Position numbers and translations under genes: made by a program. Positions 9,501 to 18,902 of a DNA stretch of 32,000 nucleotides are shown here, in pieces. The notes under the pieces were generated by a model. It was not told where the DNA came from. It saw only the letters and a program-made list of their open reading frames with translations, and did no database searches. Source of the stretch: Pyrodictium abyssi (GTDB lineage Archaea; Thermoproteota; Thermoprotei_A; Sulfolobales; Pyrodictiaceae); NCBI RefSeq assembly GCF_036323395.1, contig NZ_AP028907.1, forward strand, positions 540,001 through 572,000. The letters run 5' to 3'. Each line of letters opens with the position of its first letter. The stretch's first letter is position 1.

Positions 9501-9858
9501 AATGTAGATAAGCAGCTCCCTCCTCGGAACATGGTGGAGCACAGTGTAGCCGAGCTTTCTGCCGTAGGCTGTGAGTCAGAGAAGGTCACGGAGTGGCTCG
9601 ATGGACGCCAGGCTGCTGGTTCTGCTGCTTTGGCGGTGGCTTCTGGTACTGTTTGGCATGGCTTCCCCTCATACGTGTCTCTATGGCTGTTTATTTGCTG
9701 TGTACCAGGCCCCTGTGTGAGAGCCCCCCGGCCAGTGTAGCGAGTTGTTGTGTGGCTGGGGCTCGGCGGGAGATACGCGGGCTAGGGGTCTGGAGTAGCA
9801 TATGTACTACAGTAGTATGTTGTCTAGCATAGCTGCGCCGGCCGGAACCGTGGTGATG

Positions 9859-11304
9859 GGGTCGGTGAGTGGGCCAAGGCTGCTTCGCTTTATCCTGGTT
9901 GTCTACGTCCTGTCGGTGGTCTTGGCGGCTGCTGTCGCCCGGGCTGGAGAGGATGAGGCTGTTGTGTCGGTTTATCCTGGCAGTGGGTGGCCTATACGTG
10001 GTATCGACGCCGACGGTGATGGTGTGGATGATCCGGTCATGAAGATCTGTTTCTGGAATATAAATGACACGGATGGCTATGCCAGGGGTGACGTACTACC
10101 TGGGCATTGGCAGTATACACTATGTCCAGAGCCTGGCAGACATAAGGCTCAGGGATCCCCCTATGTACGTGCATGGCTACCCGGAGGTGTTTTGTCGGGC
10201 ATAAGCCGTGGATGGATGAATACTCTGCCCCCTGGCGGCGTGGTGAGGCTGCCAGCGAGGTGGTGGTGAACTATAGCCTGGCCTGGTACGCGCCGGGGCT
10301 GCCCGTAAACTTTGCGGTGGACTCGTGGCTGACCCGCGAAGAGTGGGCAAGGGGCGTGGAGGACGGCCTAGAAATCATGGTGTGGCTCTACAATGATAGC
10401 CTAACCCCTGGCGGCAGGCATGTAGCCGCTATAACGGTTACAGCGATAGTGGATAATACCTGCCGGGAACTGGTCTTCGACATCTACCGTGATAGGCGGG
10501 GCTGGGATAAGTGGAGCTGGGACTTCGTGGCCTTTGTGGCCCGGGAGCCTATCCGCGCGGGGATGGTGGCTATACCCTTTGGCGTCTTCGTCAAAGAGGC
10601 GCTGGAGGCAGCTAACCGGGATCCGACGGGCCTATACCTCGAGGACGTGGAGGTGGGGTGGAGTTCGGAAGCCCCGTGGTCAGGGAGGCGCAGCTCGAGT
10701 GGTGGGTCTACGAGTTCGGGCTGGAGCCGGTGGACAGGCCGATGCTGGCTGAGAGTAGCGGGGCTGTGCCCTAGCGCTGCTGTTGAGTACTGTGACGAGA
10801 ACCGTAACCAGGACGGTGACAGAGACGGCGACAGCCACGGTAGTAGAGACCGTAACAACGTCGCTCAGGGAGACAGAGACAGTAACGGTTCCAGTCATAG
10901 AGACTACTACTGTGACCGTAACGAACACCGTCACCTCTGTGTCAACTACGACCTCCACGGTAACGGCTACAGAGACCGTGTACGTAACTGTCAGAGAGAA
11001 AGAGGTACACACAAGCACGGTGACAGCCAAATCCGGAGTGACCGTTACCCGTGAGACCCGGCCTGGAGAGACTAAGACAGTCTTCTCGCCTATTACAGCT
11101 ACAGTGGAGGAGACCCACACGGTAGTAATGCCCGCCGAGAAGACGGCAACCGTTGCCTCGACAACCACCTCTACAGTTACAACCACGGTAACCCGGACTG
11201 TAACAGGCACAGTCGCTGCCGTGGTCTCACCGGGCACTGTCGCAGTAGCAGTGCTCGTCCTCGCTGCTGGCGCTGCAGCTGTCCTAATAGCCCGCAGGGT
11301 GTAG
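9859..11304 (+). pseudogene. GH12-like (EglA/CelA-type) endo-beta-glucanase with TVT-rich stalk and C-terminal TM anchor, multiply frameshifted
   Basis: Signal peptide RLLRFILVVYVLSVVLAAAVARA, then IRGIDADGDGVDDPVMKICFWNINDTDGYA (frame 1), MYVHGYPEVFC (frame 2), GHKPWMDEYSAP...VVVNYSLAWYAPGLPVNFAVDSWLTREEW...EIMVWLYNDSLTPGG...LYLEDVEVG (frame 0), EFGSPVVREAQLEWWVYEFGLEPVDRPML (frame 2), then TVTRTVTRTVTETATATVVETVT...VAVAVLVLAAGAAAVLIARRV (frame 1). Order and motifs match archaeal GH12 enzymes. Confidence 0.85.
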
Positions 11305-11535
11305 CGGGATAGAACGTGGATGAATCTATGCTATATCGGTCCTACCAGGCTTAAGGTAGGCGCGCGGATAACGTAGAGTTTCAATATCATGGCTATGTCA
11401 TGGCTTTCTGTAGGCTACGCTACTAGCACGAGAAGCCCTGCCTGGCCCTCCCCGCCTCGGCGGCGTGTAGAATCTTGCGTGGAGCACGGGGTGGCGGGGC
11501 TGTTTTGCCCAGGGGGTACCTGGCCCGGGCTGCTT

Positions 11536-12111
11536 CTAGCGGCTGGTGGCTAGTCTCTCCTGGAGCCTCTGGAGCGCCTCCTCGTGGTCCCGGGTCCACC
11601 TGCTTGCCTCCTGTAGCCGGGGCTTCACCCGCTCCTCGGTAACCCTGGCTAGCTCTGCTAGCAGTACTAGTATATCGTACACCGCCTCCCCGCGGCCCCG
11701 GTACTTGCTGAGCTCCAGGTCCGGATCCGGGCCATGATACTGGTAGTCGTGGAGGCTCAGCGCCTTATCGGTTAGCGAGCTATAGTAGGGGATCCCTGCT
11801 CTCTCCAGGAGCTGGCTCAGCGGCTTAAGCCTCGACGAAGGCACCCGGGGTATCGCCTTCTCGAGCCATCTCCTCTGCTCCTCGCTCCTTAGGCTCTCCA
11901 CTAGCTTGTCCCTCTCCAGGGCCAGCAGCGCTCCGGTTAGCGCCCTCCAGGCCTGGAAGGCTTTGCCGGCTGCGTTCCTGGTGTAGCCCCGCTTGAGGAA
12001 CTCCAGGGCCAGTATACCCTCTAGCAGGGCCTCCAGGACACGGGCAGAAGCGTAGCCCACGAGGTCGCGGCGGGGCTTGGGTAGGGGCTGTTCCAGCTGT
12101 TCTGTTAGCAT
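11536..12111 (-). CDS. PaREP1 family protein (copy A)
   Basis: PLPKPRRDLVGYASARVLEALLEGILALEFL...NAAGKAFQAWRALTGALLALE...LSLHDYQYHGPD is characteristic of the crenarchaeal PaREP1 family. Confidence 0.85.
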   Translation of the reverse strand: MLTEQLEQPLPKPRRDLVGYASARVLEALLEGILALEFLKRGYTRNAAGKAFQAWRALTGALLALERDKLVESLRSEEQRRWLEKAIPRVPSSRLKPLSQLLERAGIPYYSSLTDKALSLHDYQYHGPDPDLELSKYRGRGEAVYDILVLLAELARVTEERVKPRLQEASRWTRDHEEALQRLQERLATSR

Positions 12112-12584
12112 TGCTGCACTGGCCCCTCAGAGCGGGAGGCTCCTCGGGGCCTTTAAGCCCTCGGGTCGGGGCGCTGGGTGTTGCGCCGGGGCTGTATGGC
12201 GGGGTTTTGCGGCTGGCACGGAGGCTCACTGGGAGGCTCTCCCGGAGGACGGTTTCTCCCGCGGTGTTGTAGAGGGGTTTGATACTGCATGCATACTTGT
12301 CTCGGGTGTTGTGTGGGTGGGGCTGTGTGGCTGGTGGGGCTCTGCTGGAGTGCTCGGCGCCTGGTGTGCCCGCGCTGCGGCTTCAGGGGGTAGACAGGGG
12401 GCGCCGTAGGAGCAGCGTGTACCCGGCTTTAGAGCGGCCCGGGGGGCCTAGCTCCGCGCTGGGGTTGCAGAGAGCACTCGCCCGATGACTGGTGGGGCTC
12501 GGGAGGCGGGCCTTGGATAGATGAACGTGGGGCCGCATACACAGTAATGTATAGCGGCGAGTCTCCCGGGTGCGGGGCTGCGGC

Positions 12585-13349
12585 TTAGTAGCTGTAGACT
12601 TTTACGCCTTTCTGGAGGGCGTAGTCCTCGAGCTCGGTGCCTATTATGGCTCCGGCGAGTATTGGCACTACCCTCTTGCCGGGATGGTGCCTCGCGGCTA
12701 GCTCGGCCTTCGCCAGGAGCGCCGCTACGTCGCTGTGCCGTGGCTTCACCTTGACCTCGACGACGTAGACAGTCCGGTCGGTGACTAGTAGTAGGTCTAT
12801 GTCCTCTCCGTCTAGCCTAGCGTTGCGGTGGCGCTGTAGCAGCCTCTCCCCGCGGCCCACTATCTCCTCGCGCAGCTCATCCCAGACGAAGCGTGAGTAG
12901 CTGCTCTCGGTGAGCGCCCCTAGTGTCGGCTCTAGGCTGCTCAGCCTCCGGTTCATCTCCCTCAGCTCCCTCTCTATGCCTTCTATCCTCTCCCATATCC
13001 TCCTTATCTCCTCGAGTATCGCCCGGAACTTCTCGTCGTGCTCAAGGAGCTTCCTCTCAATGGCTTCAAACCTCTTATCGTGTTCTAGTAGCTTCCTCTC
13101 TAGGGCCTCGAAGCGCTTATCGTGCTCCAACAGCTTCTTCTCCAGGGCCTCAAAGCGCTTGTCGTGTTCCAGCAGCTTCCTCTCGATAGCCTCGAAGCGC
13201 TTATCGTGCTCCAGGCTCTTGCGCCGCAGCCACCGGAGCTCCTCCAGCACCTCCCTGAGGCCGATAAGCCCGGCCACAGCCAGCCGGAACTCCTTATCCT
13301 CCTCCAGCGCCCGGAGGAAGCGCTGCTTCTCCTCCGCGCTGAGAGACAC
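12585..13349 (-). CDS. Coiled-coil protein with C-terminal PD-(D/E)XK nuclease-like domain (DUF3782-type)
   Basis: Five 14-aa heptad-pair repeats (RKLLEHDKRFEALE) followed by LDGEDIDLLLVTDRTVYVVEVKVKPRHSDVAALLAKAEL, matching the D...ExK pattern of restriction-endonuclease-like folds. Confidence 0.8.
   Translation of the reverse strand: MSLSAEEKQRFLRALEEDKEFRLAVAGLIGLREVLEELRWLRRKSLEHDKRFEAIERKLLEHDKRFEALEKKLLEHDKRFEALERKLLEHDKRFEAIERKLLEHDEKFRAILEEIRRIWERIEGIERELREMNRRLSSLEPTLGALTESSYSRFVWDELREEIVGRGERLLQRHRNARLDGEDIDLLLVTDRTVYVVEVKVKPRHSDVAALLAKAELAARHHPGKRVVPILAGAIIGTELEDYALQKGVKVYSY
13014..13223 (-). repeat. 5 x 42-bp coding tandem repeat
   Basis: aa 43-112 of the 12585..13349 ORF: RKSLEHDKRFEAIE / RKLLEHDKRFEALE / KKLLEHDKRFEALE / RKLLEHDKRFEAIE / RKLLEHDEKFRAIL. 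Confidence 0.9.
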
Positions 13350-13355
13350 CGCTCT

Positions 13356-14683
13356 CTACCCGAGACGAACCCATAGAGCTGTCTCTTCGCGATAAGAGTT
13401 CATCTCCTGGGGAGCTGTACCGGCCCGGTAGAGGGTGCTATTTCCCTCTACGGTGCTGGTGCAGTCTCTGCATGATATTCCCTCGAGCGCTACGGCTGCC
13501 TCGCTGCCCCTCGTTTCTATCTTTACGGCCGTCTTCATGGCCTTTGCTGCTACGCTGCGGACCCGGATGTGCTGGATGATTGCCGGCTTGTGCTTGGCGT
13601 CGTTACGTATGTGTACTGCGGGGTACGTGTGGGGCCTCTGGGGTTTCTCCACCAGCACGTTCTCTATGGCTACGGCTTCTAGGCGGCCTAGCGGGCTCTC
13701 GGCTATGTGGGCGAACACAGCGCCCCATGCGCGTGGCTCCTGGACACTGATGTTCCTCGCTACCGTGTTCTGGGCGCCGACTAGGCTTACAGCGTAGTCG
13801 TGCTGGAGGCGCGTAGCTATGTTCTCGACTACTGTGTTGCGGCAGCTCTCTAGCAGTACTAGCGGCCCGTCGCTAGCCTTCTCCGCGTAGACGTTCCTGA
13901 TGACCGTGTTCACGCAGCCACGTATCCCGGTCCGGTGGCGCATCCTGTAGAGCTCCCGGTGGCCGCGGCTGCTGAGCCGTAGCTCCACGTCCTCTACAGC
14001 CACGTTGTAGACGCTATCTAGGGCGGCTTCTGGCCTCCGGCCGTAGTGGCGCCGTATCTCGGGGAGCACGGTGGAGGCGTCTAGCCCCCTTACGCGGCGC
14101 ACGGCCACGCCCACTAGGGGCCGCGGCCTTCCATCGCGCTGTGTGCTCTCGCAGCGCTCGGCTGGGCACAGGGTGATAGCCAGGGTCCACCGTAGTAACC
14201 AGTGAGCACTAGGTCCTCCACGGTGATGCCTCTGCCGCCGTCGAGGTTGAGAAGCCTCACCGCGAACGGCTCCTCGCGGTTAGCCTTTACATCGCTCTCC
14301 CCGCCTCCTTGAGGCGGCTCTAGCTCGTAGCGGTTGCCCACGAGAACCAGCCTCCGGACAGCGAAGTCCTCGATACTCCCGCGGCCCCGGTAGTCCTTCT
14401 GGAAGAGGCTCCTGAGGCCCTTCTTCAGCCTCATCCGCGCCCAGGAGAAGTCCACGGTGACGCCGCTCCGGGGCTCAACAGCCTCCGTGGCAACGTACTC
14501 GCCCAGCTCAACCGTCACAACGCTCCTCCTAGGGGCTGCATAGTCAACGGCGTACTGGAGCGCCTCGCTGAATACGGGGGAGTCGTAGAGGACGCGAGAC
14601 CCCTCAACCACGGTGTACAGGCCGCGGAGCAGGCCGACGACTATGCGGGACAGAGCCCAGGCACCCCCTACCTGCCGGAGCAT
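13356..14683 (-). pseudogene. Right-handed parallel beta-helix (pectate-lyase-like fold) protein, frameshifted at about 14160-14190
   Basis: N-part 14114..14683 (VTVELGEYVATEAVEPRSGVTVDFSWARMRL...GGRGITVEDLVLTGYYGG) continues in another frame as WTLAITLCPAERCESTQRDGRPRPLVGVAVRRVRGLD... then NVAVEDVEL, NTVIRNVYAEKASDG, NTVVENIATRLQHD, NTVARNISVQE. These are beta-helix coils. Confidence 0.7.
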
Positions 14684-14864
14684 GCCCAGGGAGCGATAGC
14701 GGTGCCGACGCCCTAGGAGCCAGCGCAGCCAAGACGTGTAACGGGAGACTTGTGGGAGAAAGAGGAGGGGACCAGTATAGGGGGTGGCCTGGGCTGTAGC
14801 CGGAGAGCCGCTATCTTGCCCAGCGTGGTCCTCCCCGGCGTGGTGGCGCTGTCGTTGTGTCGTC

Positions 14865-16736
14865 TCATGTGCTGTCGCCAGTGCCGCTGCTGGTGTCGTC
14901 GTCTGTGGTGCTCTGGGCTGGGTATATCGTTATCTTGACGCTGGTGTCGAGGTGCTTGGCCACCACGGTTACGGCTATGTAGCCGTCGCCTATGCTACTC
15001 CACGTGTAGCTCTCGACTACTGCGCCTGCTGCGTCTACGCCTCCTACCCCGGTGTAGGGTAGTACGACCGTGTAGCCGACCACTGCGCCGACCGGCCCAG
15101 TAGCGTAGATGGTCGTGTTGCTATCGCTGATGGCTATGGCCTCTACTACGCCGGTGTAGGCGGCGAGCGGGTCTACGGGCTGGTAGAAGAGCGGCTGCCC
15201 TATGTACACGATGGGCCCGGCTACGGCGTCGTCAGCCCAGCCGTGGACCGTCGCCACCACTATCCTGGAGACGCCCGGCTCCAAGCCCACGCCCTGTATC
15301 AGCAGCTCGGCCGCGTAGCCCCCGTCGGGCGTCTGGACAACGGCGGCCGGGGCCTCGGCCTCGGGCGCCCAGCTCCAGTCGGTGCCGGAGCCCGTGTAGC
15401 TGTAGAGCCACGCTGTGCCGTCGGTGTAGACCTCGACGAGGTAGTCGGCGCCGACGCCGTAGACGCTATACCCGGTCTCGGCGGAGCCGTCAGAGTCTAT
15501 GTAGACGTGTAGCAGGCCCCCGCTCGAGGCCTCTACCGCGTCCCACTCGGCGTAGACGCCTAGGCCACCGCCCCCGGCCGGGACCATGCCCAGGCACTCT
15601 AGCGTGGTCGCGGAGCCGTAGACGGGCCCGCCGAGGATGTTCCAGTACTCGCCGCCATAGCCGTCCACGGTGACCTCGGGCTCGTAGGCCAGGGCCTCGT
15701 CCACAGCCGCGGAGCCGTAGTCAACGTAGACTGTGCTGGCGGCGAACGCTCTCCAGGCGGTCTGGGTCTCCTCGTCTATCACTGGGCTGCTGACGGGTGG
15801 CCCGTACTCGCGCGCCTCCACTATGTCGGCCGGCACCGGGCCGCCCCCGGCGTAGTAGTAGATGTCGGCGTAGCCCCAGCCGCCCAGCCCCATTATCCTG
15901 GCCAGCGCGTAGGCCATGCGGGCCCACTCGAGGGTCTCAGGCCGCTCTGGGTCGGCAAAGGTCACCGCGAGGGTGCGGTCTAGGAGCCCGTGCTCCGCTA
16001 GGTAGAGGTAGCGGGAGAGCCCGTTAACCCACTCCAGCGGGCTAGTGTAGCTTGTCTGCCTGAGGAAGCCGGGTATGAGGTAGTAGCCGCCGGCGGAGGG
16101 GTCGTAGCCCACCACGTAGTCCTCCCAGAGGTAGTAGTCGCCATAGGCAGCGTAGCCCATGACACCGTTTATGAATACCTTTAGGCCCCGGGAGTGGGCG
16201 TACCCAGCTATCTCGCCTATGCCCCGGGTGAAGTACTCGACGTAGACGCTGTCGAGGCTGCTGGTGAAGTATGCGGGGTCGCACTCGTCCAGGAAGACGC
16301 CGTCAACCACCCCCACGTAGCGGTCCACGAGGCCCTCGATGTAGGAGAGCCAGTAGAGGTAGCGCTCCTCCAGCGTCCCGGTAGTGTTCTCCGCCACCAT
16401 CTCGCGGAAGCTAGAGCCGAGCCCCACCGGCCGGTCGCCGGGCATGTGGAGGTACGCGTAGACCTCGACGCCCCTGCTGCGCAGCAGCTGCACGACATCG
16501 TAGTCGCCGCCGCCCGGCAGTATCCGGGAGGTCCCAGCCACCACCAGCACGTCCACGTCTATGTCCGGCAGGTTGCTGGTACTCAGCCACCCATAGTATA
16601 TCACCAGCCGCTTAAACCCGGAGGACCCTGGCGAGTAGACACCCATGTAGGCGCCCGCAGCCGGCGCCCACGCCAGCGCCAGCAGCAGAGCCGCGCAAGC
16701 CAGAACCAGGACCATACGCTTACAGCAGAACACCAT
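14865..16736 (-). CDS. Secreted spherulin-4/GH114-like glycosidase-type TIM-barrel protein with C-terminal beta-sandwich domain
   Basis: Signal peptide MVLVLACAALLLALAWAPAAGA; VYYGWLSTSNLPDIDVDVLVV..., RYVGVVDGVFLDECD, HSRGLKVFINGV; C-terminal VYIDSDGSAETGYSVYGVGADYLVEVYTDG...LYSYTGSGTDWSW. Confidence 0.7.
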   Translation of the reverse strand: MVFCCKRMVLVLACAALLLALAWAPAAGAYMGVYSPGSSGFKRLVIYYGWLSTSNLPDIDVDVLVVAGTSRILPGGGDYDVVQLLRSRGVEVYAYLHMPGDRPVGLGSSFREMVAENTTGTLEERYLYWLSYIEGLVDRYVGVVDGVFLDECDPAYFTSSLDSVYVEYFTRGIGEIAGYAHSRGLKVFINGVMGYAAYGDYYLWEDYVVGYDPSAGGYYLIPGFLRQTSYTSPLEWVNGLSRYLYLAEHGLLDRTLAVTFADPERPETLEWARMAYALARIMGLGGWGYADIYYYAGGGPVPADIVEAREYGPPVSSPVIDEETQTAWRAFAASTVYVDYGSAAVDEALAYEPEVTVDGYGGEYWNILGGPVYGSATTLECLGMVPAGGGGLGVYAEWDAVEASSGGLLHVYIDSDGSAETGYSVYGVGADYLVEVYTDGTAWLYSYTGSGTDWSWAPEAEAPAAVVQTPDGGYAAELLIQGVGLEPGVSRIVVATVHGWADDAVAGPIVYIGQPLFYQPVDPLAAYTGVVEAIAISDSNTTIYATGPVGAVVGYTVVLPYTGVGGVDAAGAVVESYTWSSIGDGYIAVTVVAKHLDTSVKITIYPAQSTTDDDTSSGTGDST

Positions 16737-16945
16737 CTATCACCCAGAAGTGTAGGCACCCAGCCCAGCCCACAATAAACCCTACTAAATACGAAATACG
16801 AAGAACTAGACAAAACAAACAAAGAGGCTACACAACATCCACATGCTCTTTCGTACATCGGTGCATGGAGCTAAAGGGCCACAGCAAGACGGCCCAAGCT
16901 CCCTACACCAACTCTGCTCATTCCCGGGCCTCCTATTCATTATTC

Positions 16946-17431
16946 TCAGCGGCTGGCTAGGTACTTCTCCCGCATAAGCCTCTGGGCAGACCTAGTGCCC
17001 CTCGTCACCAGCTCTACGAGCTCCTCAGTATCCACTGCAAGGTAGTGGCCACTCTCCAGCCTATTCACGATAAGCGCTTTATCATTAGTCCATATCACGG
17101 CTCCGGGCTCTATAGCTAGGGCTATGAACGGCCAATCATCCGGGTCAAACCTCGAAGCAACAAACCTGGCCTTCTCGATACATACAGCGCATCCTATTCT
17201 GTGAAGCTTCACTCGGGCTGCGAGCACCTCCTCCACTATTGCGAGGAACTGCATGGAATCAATCCCAGCCCTAGAGGCCAGCTCCCTGGCATGCTCCCTT
17301 ACCTCGTCAAGAAGGTACTCTGACGCATAGAACTCAACACCCTCCAATAGGTAGAGGAGCCTACGTACACGCCCCGGGCGTAACGCAGCAGCAAACACCT
17401 TGTTCGCGTCAATTACCACGGCTAAGCTCAC
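16946..17431 (-). CDS. PIN-domain ribonuclease, VapC-like toxin
   Basis: AVVIDANKVFAAALRPG N-terminus with conserved Asp, YLLDEVREH, and RFDPDDWPFIALAI C-terminal acidic motif. Confidence 0.85.
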   Translation of the reverse strand: MSLAVVIDANKVFAAALRPGRVRRLLYLLEGVEFYASEYLLDEVREHARELASRAGIDSMQFLAIVEEVLAARVKLHRIGCAVCIEKARFVASRFDPDDWPFIALAIEPGAVIWTNDKALIVNRLESGHYLAVDTEELVELVTRGTRSAQRLMREKYLASR

Positions 17432-17603
17432 GATCCAGTCTCCTCGCGAGAGCCCTCTTCACAACCCTATCCATCTCCATAATCGTATCCTCGTCAACCA
17501 TAACGCCCTCGGAGATGATGTCAAGAACCGCTAGCCTCTCCAGCCTCTCCCGTAGCAGCTCTGCAACAGCTCTCTCAAAGCTTAGCCCGCACAGCCGGAT
17601 CAT
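17409..17603 (-). CDS. Putative VapB-like antitoxin paired with the 16946..17431 PIN protein
   Basis: 64 aa, directly upstream and overlapping the toxin ORF by about 23 nt, charged and helical composition. Confidence 0.6.
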   Translation of the reverse strand: MIRLCGLSFERAVAELLRERLERLAVLDIISEGVMVDEDTIMEMDRVVKRALARRLDRELSRGN

Positions 17604-17805
17604 ACTCTAAGAGGAGCCTGATATGCCTCGGGACCCGGATAGTAACCTCCTCACTAGCCTCCAGCAGCACCACCCCGCTAACATACCCTAGGGCAAGCTG
17701 CAGCATAAAGTCATTCTATACGCAGAGATGCGGATAGCCTAGGTATTATCGGAGTGTGCGAGACGCTAAATATAGCGGGGATGCCTCGAATAGGTTTACT
17801 CGGAG

Positions 17806-18207
17806 TTGTTCATGCCACGTAGCCTAAGCCTCGCTGCGGCTGTAGCATTGAGTGTAAAACGCTTCATGATCCGGCTAGCGCTCGTGCTAAGCATAGCGGG
17901 GGTCACGGCCTGGGGCTCTATCGCTGATGCATGGTGGGAGATAACGCGCTCGATAGGGCTCATAGCACTCATATCAGTGTGGGCGGATCTCTTCATCCGG
18001 GTTCGCCCTTGGGACCATGAGCGTTACATGGACCCCGAGGACTACGGGTTCACACTCATACTATCCCTACTAGGGCTAGCAGCCTATCTAGAAGCCAGTC
18101 CAGATGCATACAACACTATGGAAGTACTTAGAACGTTCACCTTCGTATCCCTCGTAAACCTAGGAATTATAGCCCTAACAGAGAGGCAGTCATCGGACCA
18201 CCAGTAG
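17806..18207 (+). CDS. Small membrane protein of unknown function
   Basis: 133 aa with about 3-4 hydrophobic segments (FMIRLALVLSIAGVTAWG, SIGLIALISVWADLFI, FTLILSLLGLAAYLEA). Confidence 0.55.
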   Translation: MFMPRSLSLAAAVALSVKRFMIRLALVLSIAGVTAWGSIADAWWEITRSIGLIALISVWADLFIRVRPWDHERYMDPEDYGFTLILSLLGLAAYLEASPDAYNTMEVLRTFTFVSLVNLGIIALTERQSSDHQ

Positions 18208-18362
18208 TATCTTACCAGTTCCCTCAGCTCCTGCTACCTACACTCGCTATGAGGCGCACCACTACACCGTGAATTCCGGCTCTATATAGCTTTATGATTG
18301 GTTTACATGTGCCAGGGAGCAGAGCTAGAAATGGTAGAGGCGGTGTACCTGGTCCTTCTCGG

Positions 18363-18902
18363 CTATATGGCCGTTATTGTCCTAGCGTCTATAAATGTAT
18401 GCTGGTGGCAGGCAGTATGTGGGCTTAGGTTTTTTAGGTACTTGTGGCAGAACTCGGGAGGAGTCAGCACCGTGATGCCGTGTACTGCTAGGCGGTTGGC
18501 ATTGTAGTCTCTCTTGTTCCATGTCACTATGACTACCTCTCGGTAGCCGAGCCGCCGTCTAAGGTGTAGAGCCAGGGCCACGTAGATGGCGTCGCCTGGG
18601 TTCTGTACAAGTTCTTCGGCGTCGCTACTGTGTACGGCTAGGTCGTGTGCGTCAACCTCGCGTAACGGGCTTAGAACCTCCTCAAGTGCAGCAGTTACGT
18701 CCTCTACTGGTAGGCTGGCTCTCTGCGCTATGACGCTGACATAGCGGAGTACCTCATCCCGGAGGACGCTAGGGTAGTAAGACGGGTAGAGGCTAGGCGT
18801 GACCGTTAATACGAGGCGGTTGAAGCCTGCAGGCCTCACTAGGGCAGCGAACACGACATTGGCGTCAAAGACTACTGCTGTGTCTCTTTTATCCTTTCCC
18901 AA
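18363..18902 (-). CDS. PIN-domain ribonuclease, VapC-like toxin (second pair)
   Basis: TAVVFDANVVFAALVRPAGFNRLVL N-terminus, SVLRDEVLRYV, NPGDAIYVALAL. Confidence 0.85.
   Translation of the reverse strand: MGKDKRDTAVVFDANVVFAALVRPAGFNRLVLTVTPSLYPSYYPSVLRDEVLRYVSVIAQRASLPVEDVTAALEEVLSPLREVDAHDLAVHSSDAEELVQNPGDAIYVALALHLRRRLGYREVVIVTWNKRDYNANRLAVHGITVLTPPEFCHKYLKNLSPHTACHQHTFIDARTITAI

Noticed and set aside
9593-9832. 79-aa plus-strand ORF MARWTPGCWFCCFGG...
   Set aside because: Very high Cys/Trp content and no plausible family. It lies between the phosphoesterase remnant and the GH12 signal peptide and is probably non-coding.
10680-11237. 185-aa minus-strand TVTVTV-rich ORF
   Set aside because: Reverse complement of the TVT-encoding stalk repeats; the repeat DNA gives V/T-rich translations on both strands. 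The plus frame joins to the GH12 domain and TM anchor.
12120-12540. Small plus-strand ORFs (12077..12409, 12279..12488)
   Set aside because: Cys/Trp/Gly/Arg-rich translations with no motif, likely non-coding. The region may be decayed intergenic DNA.
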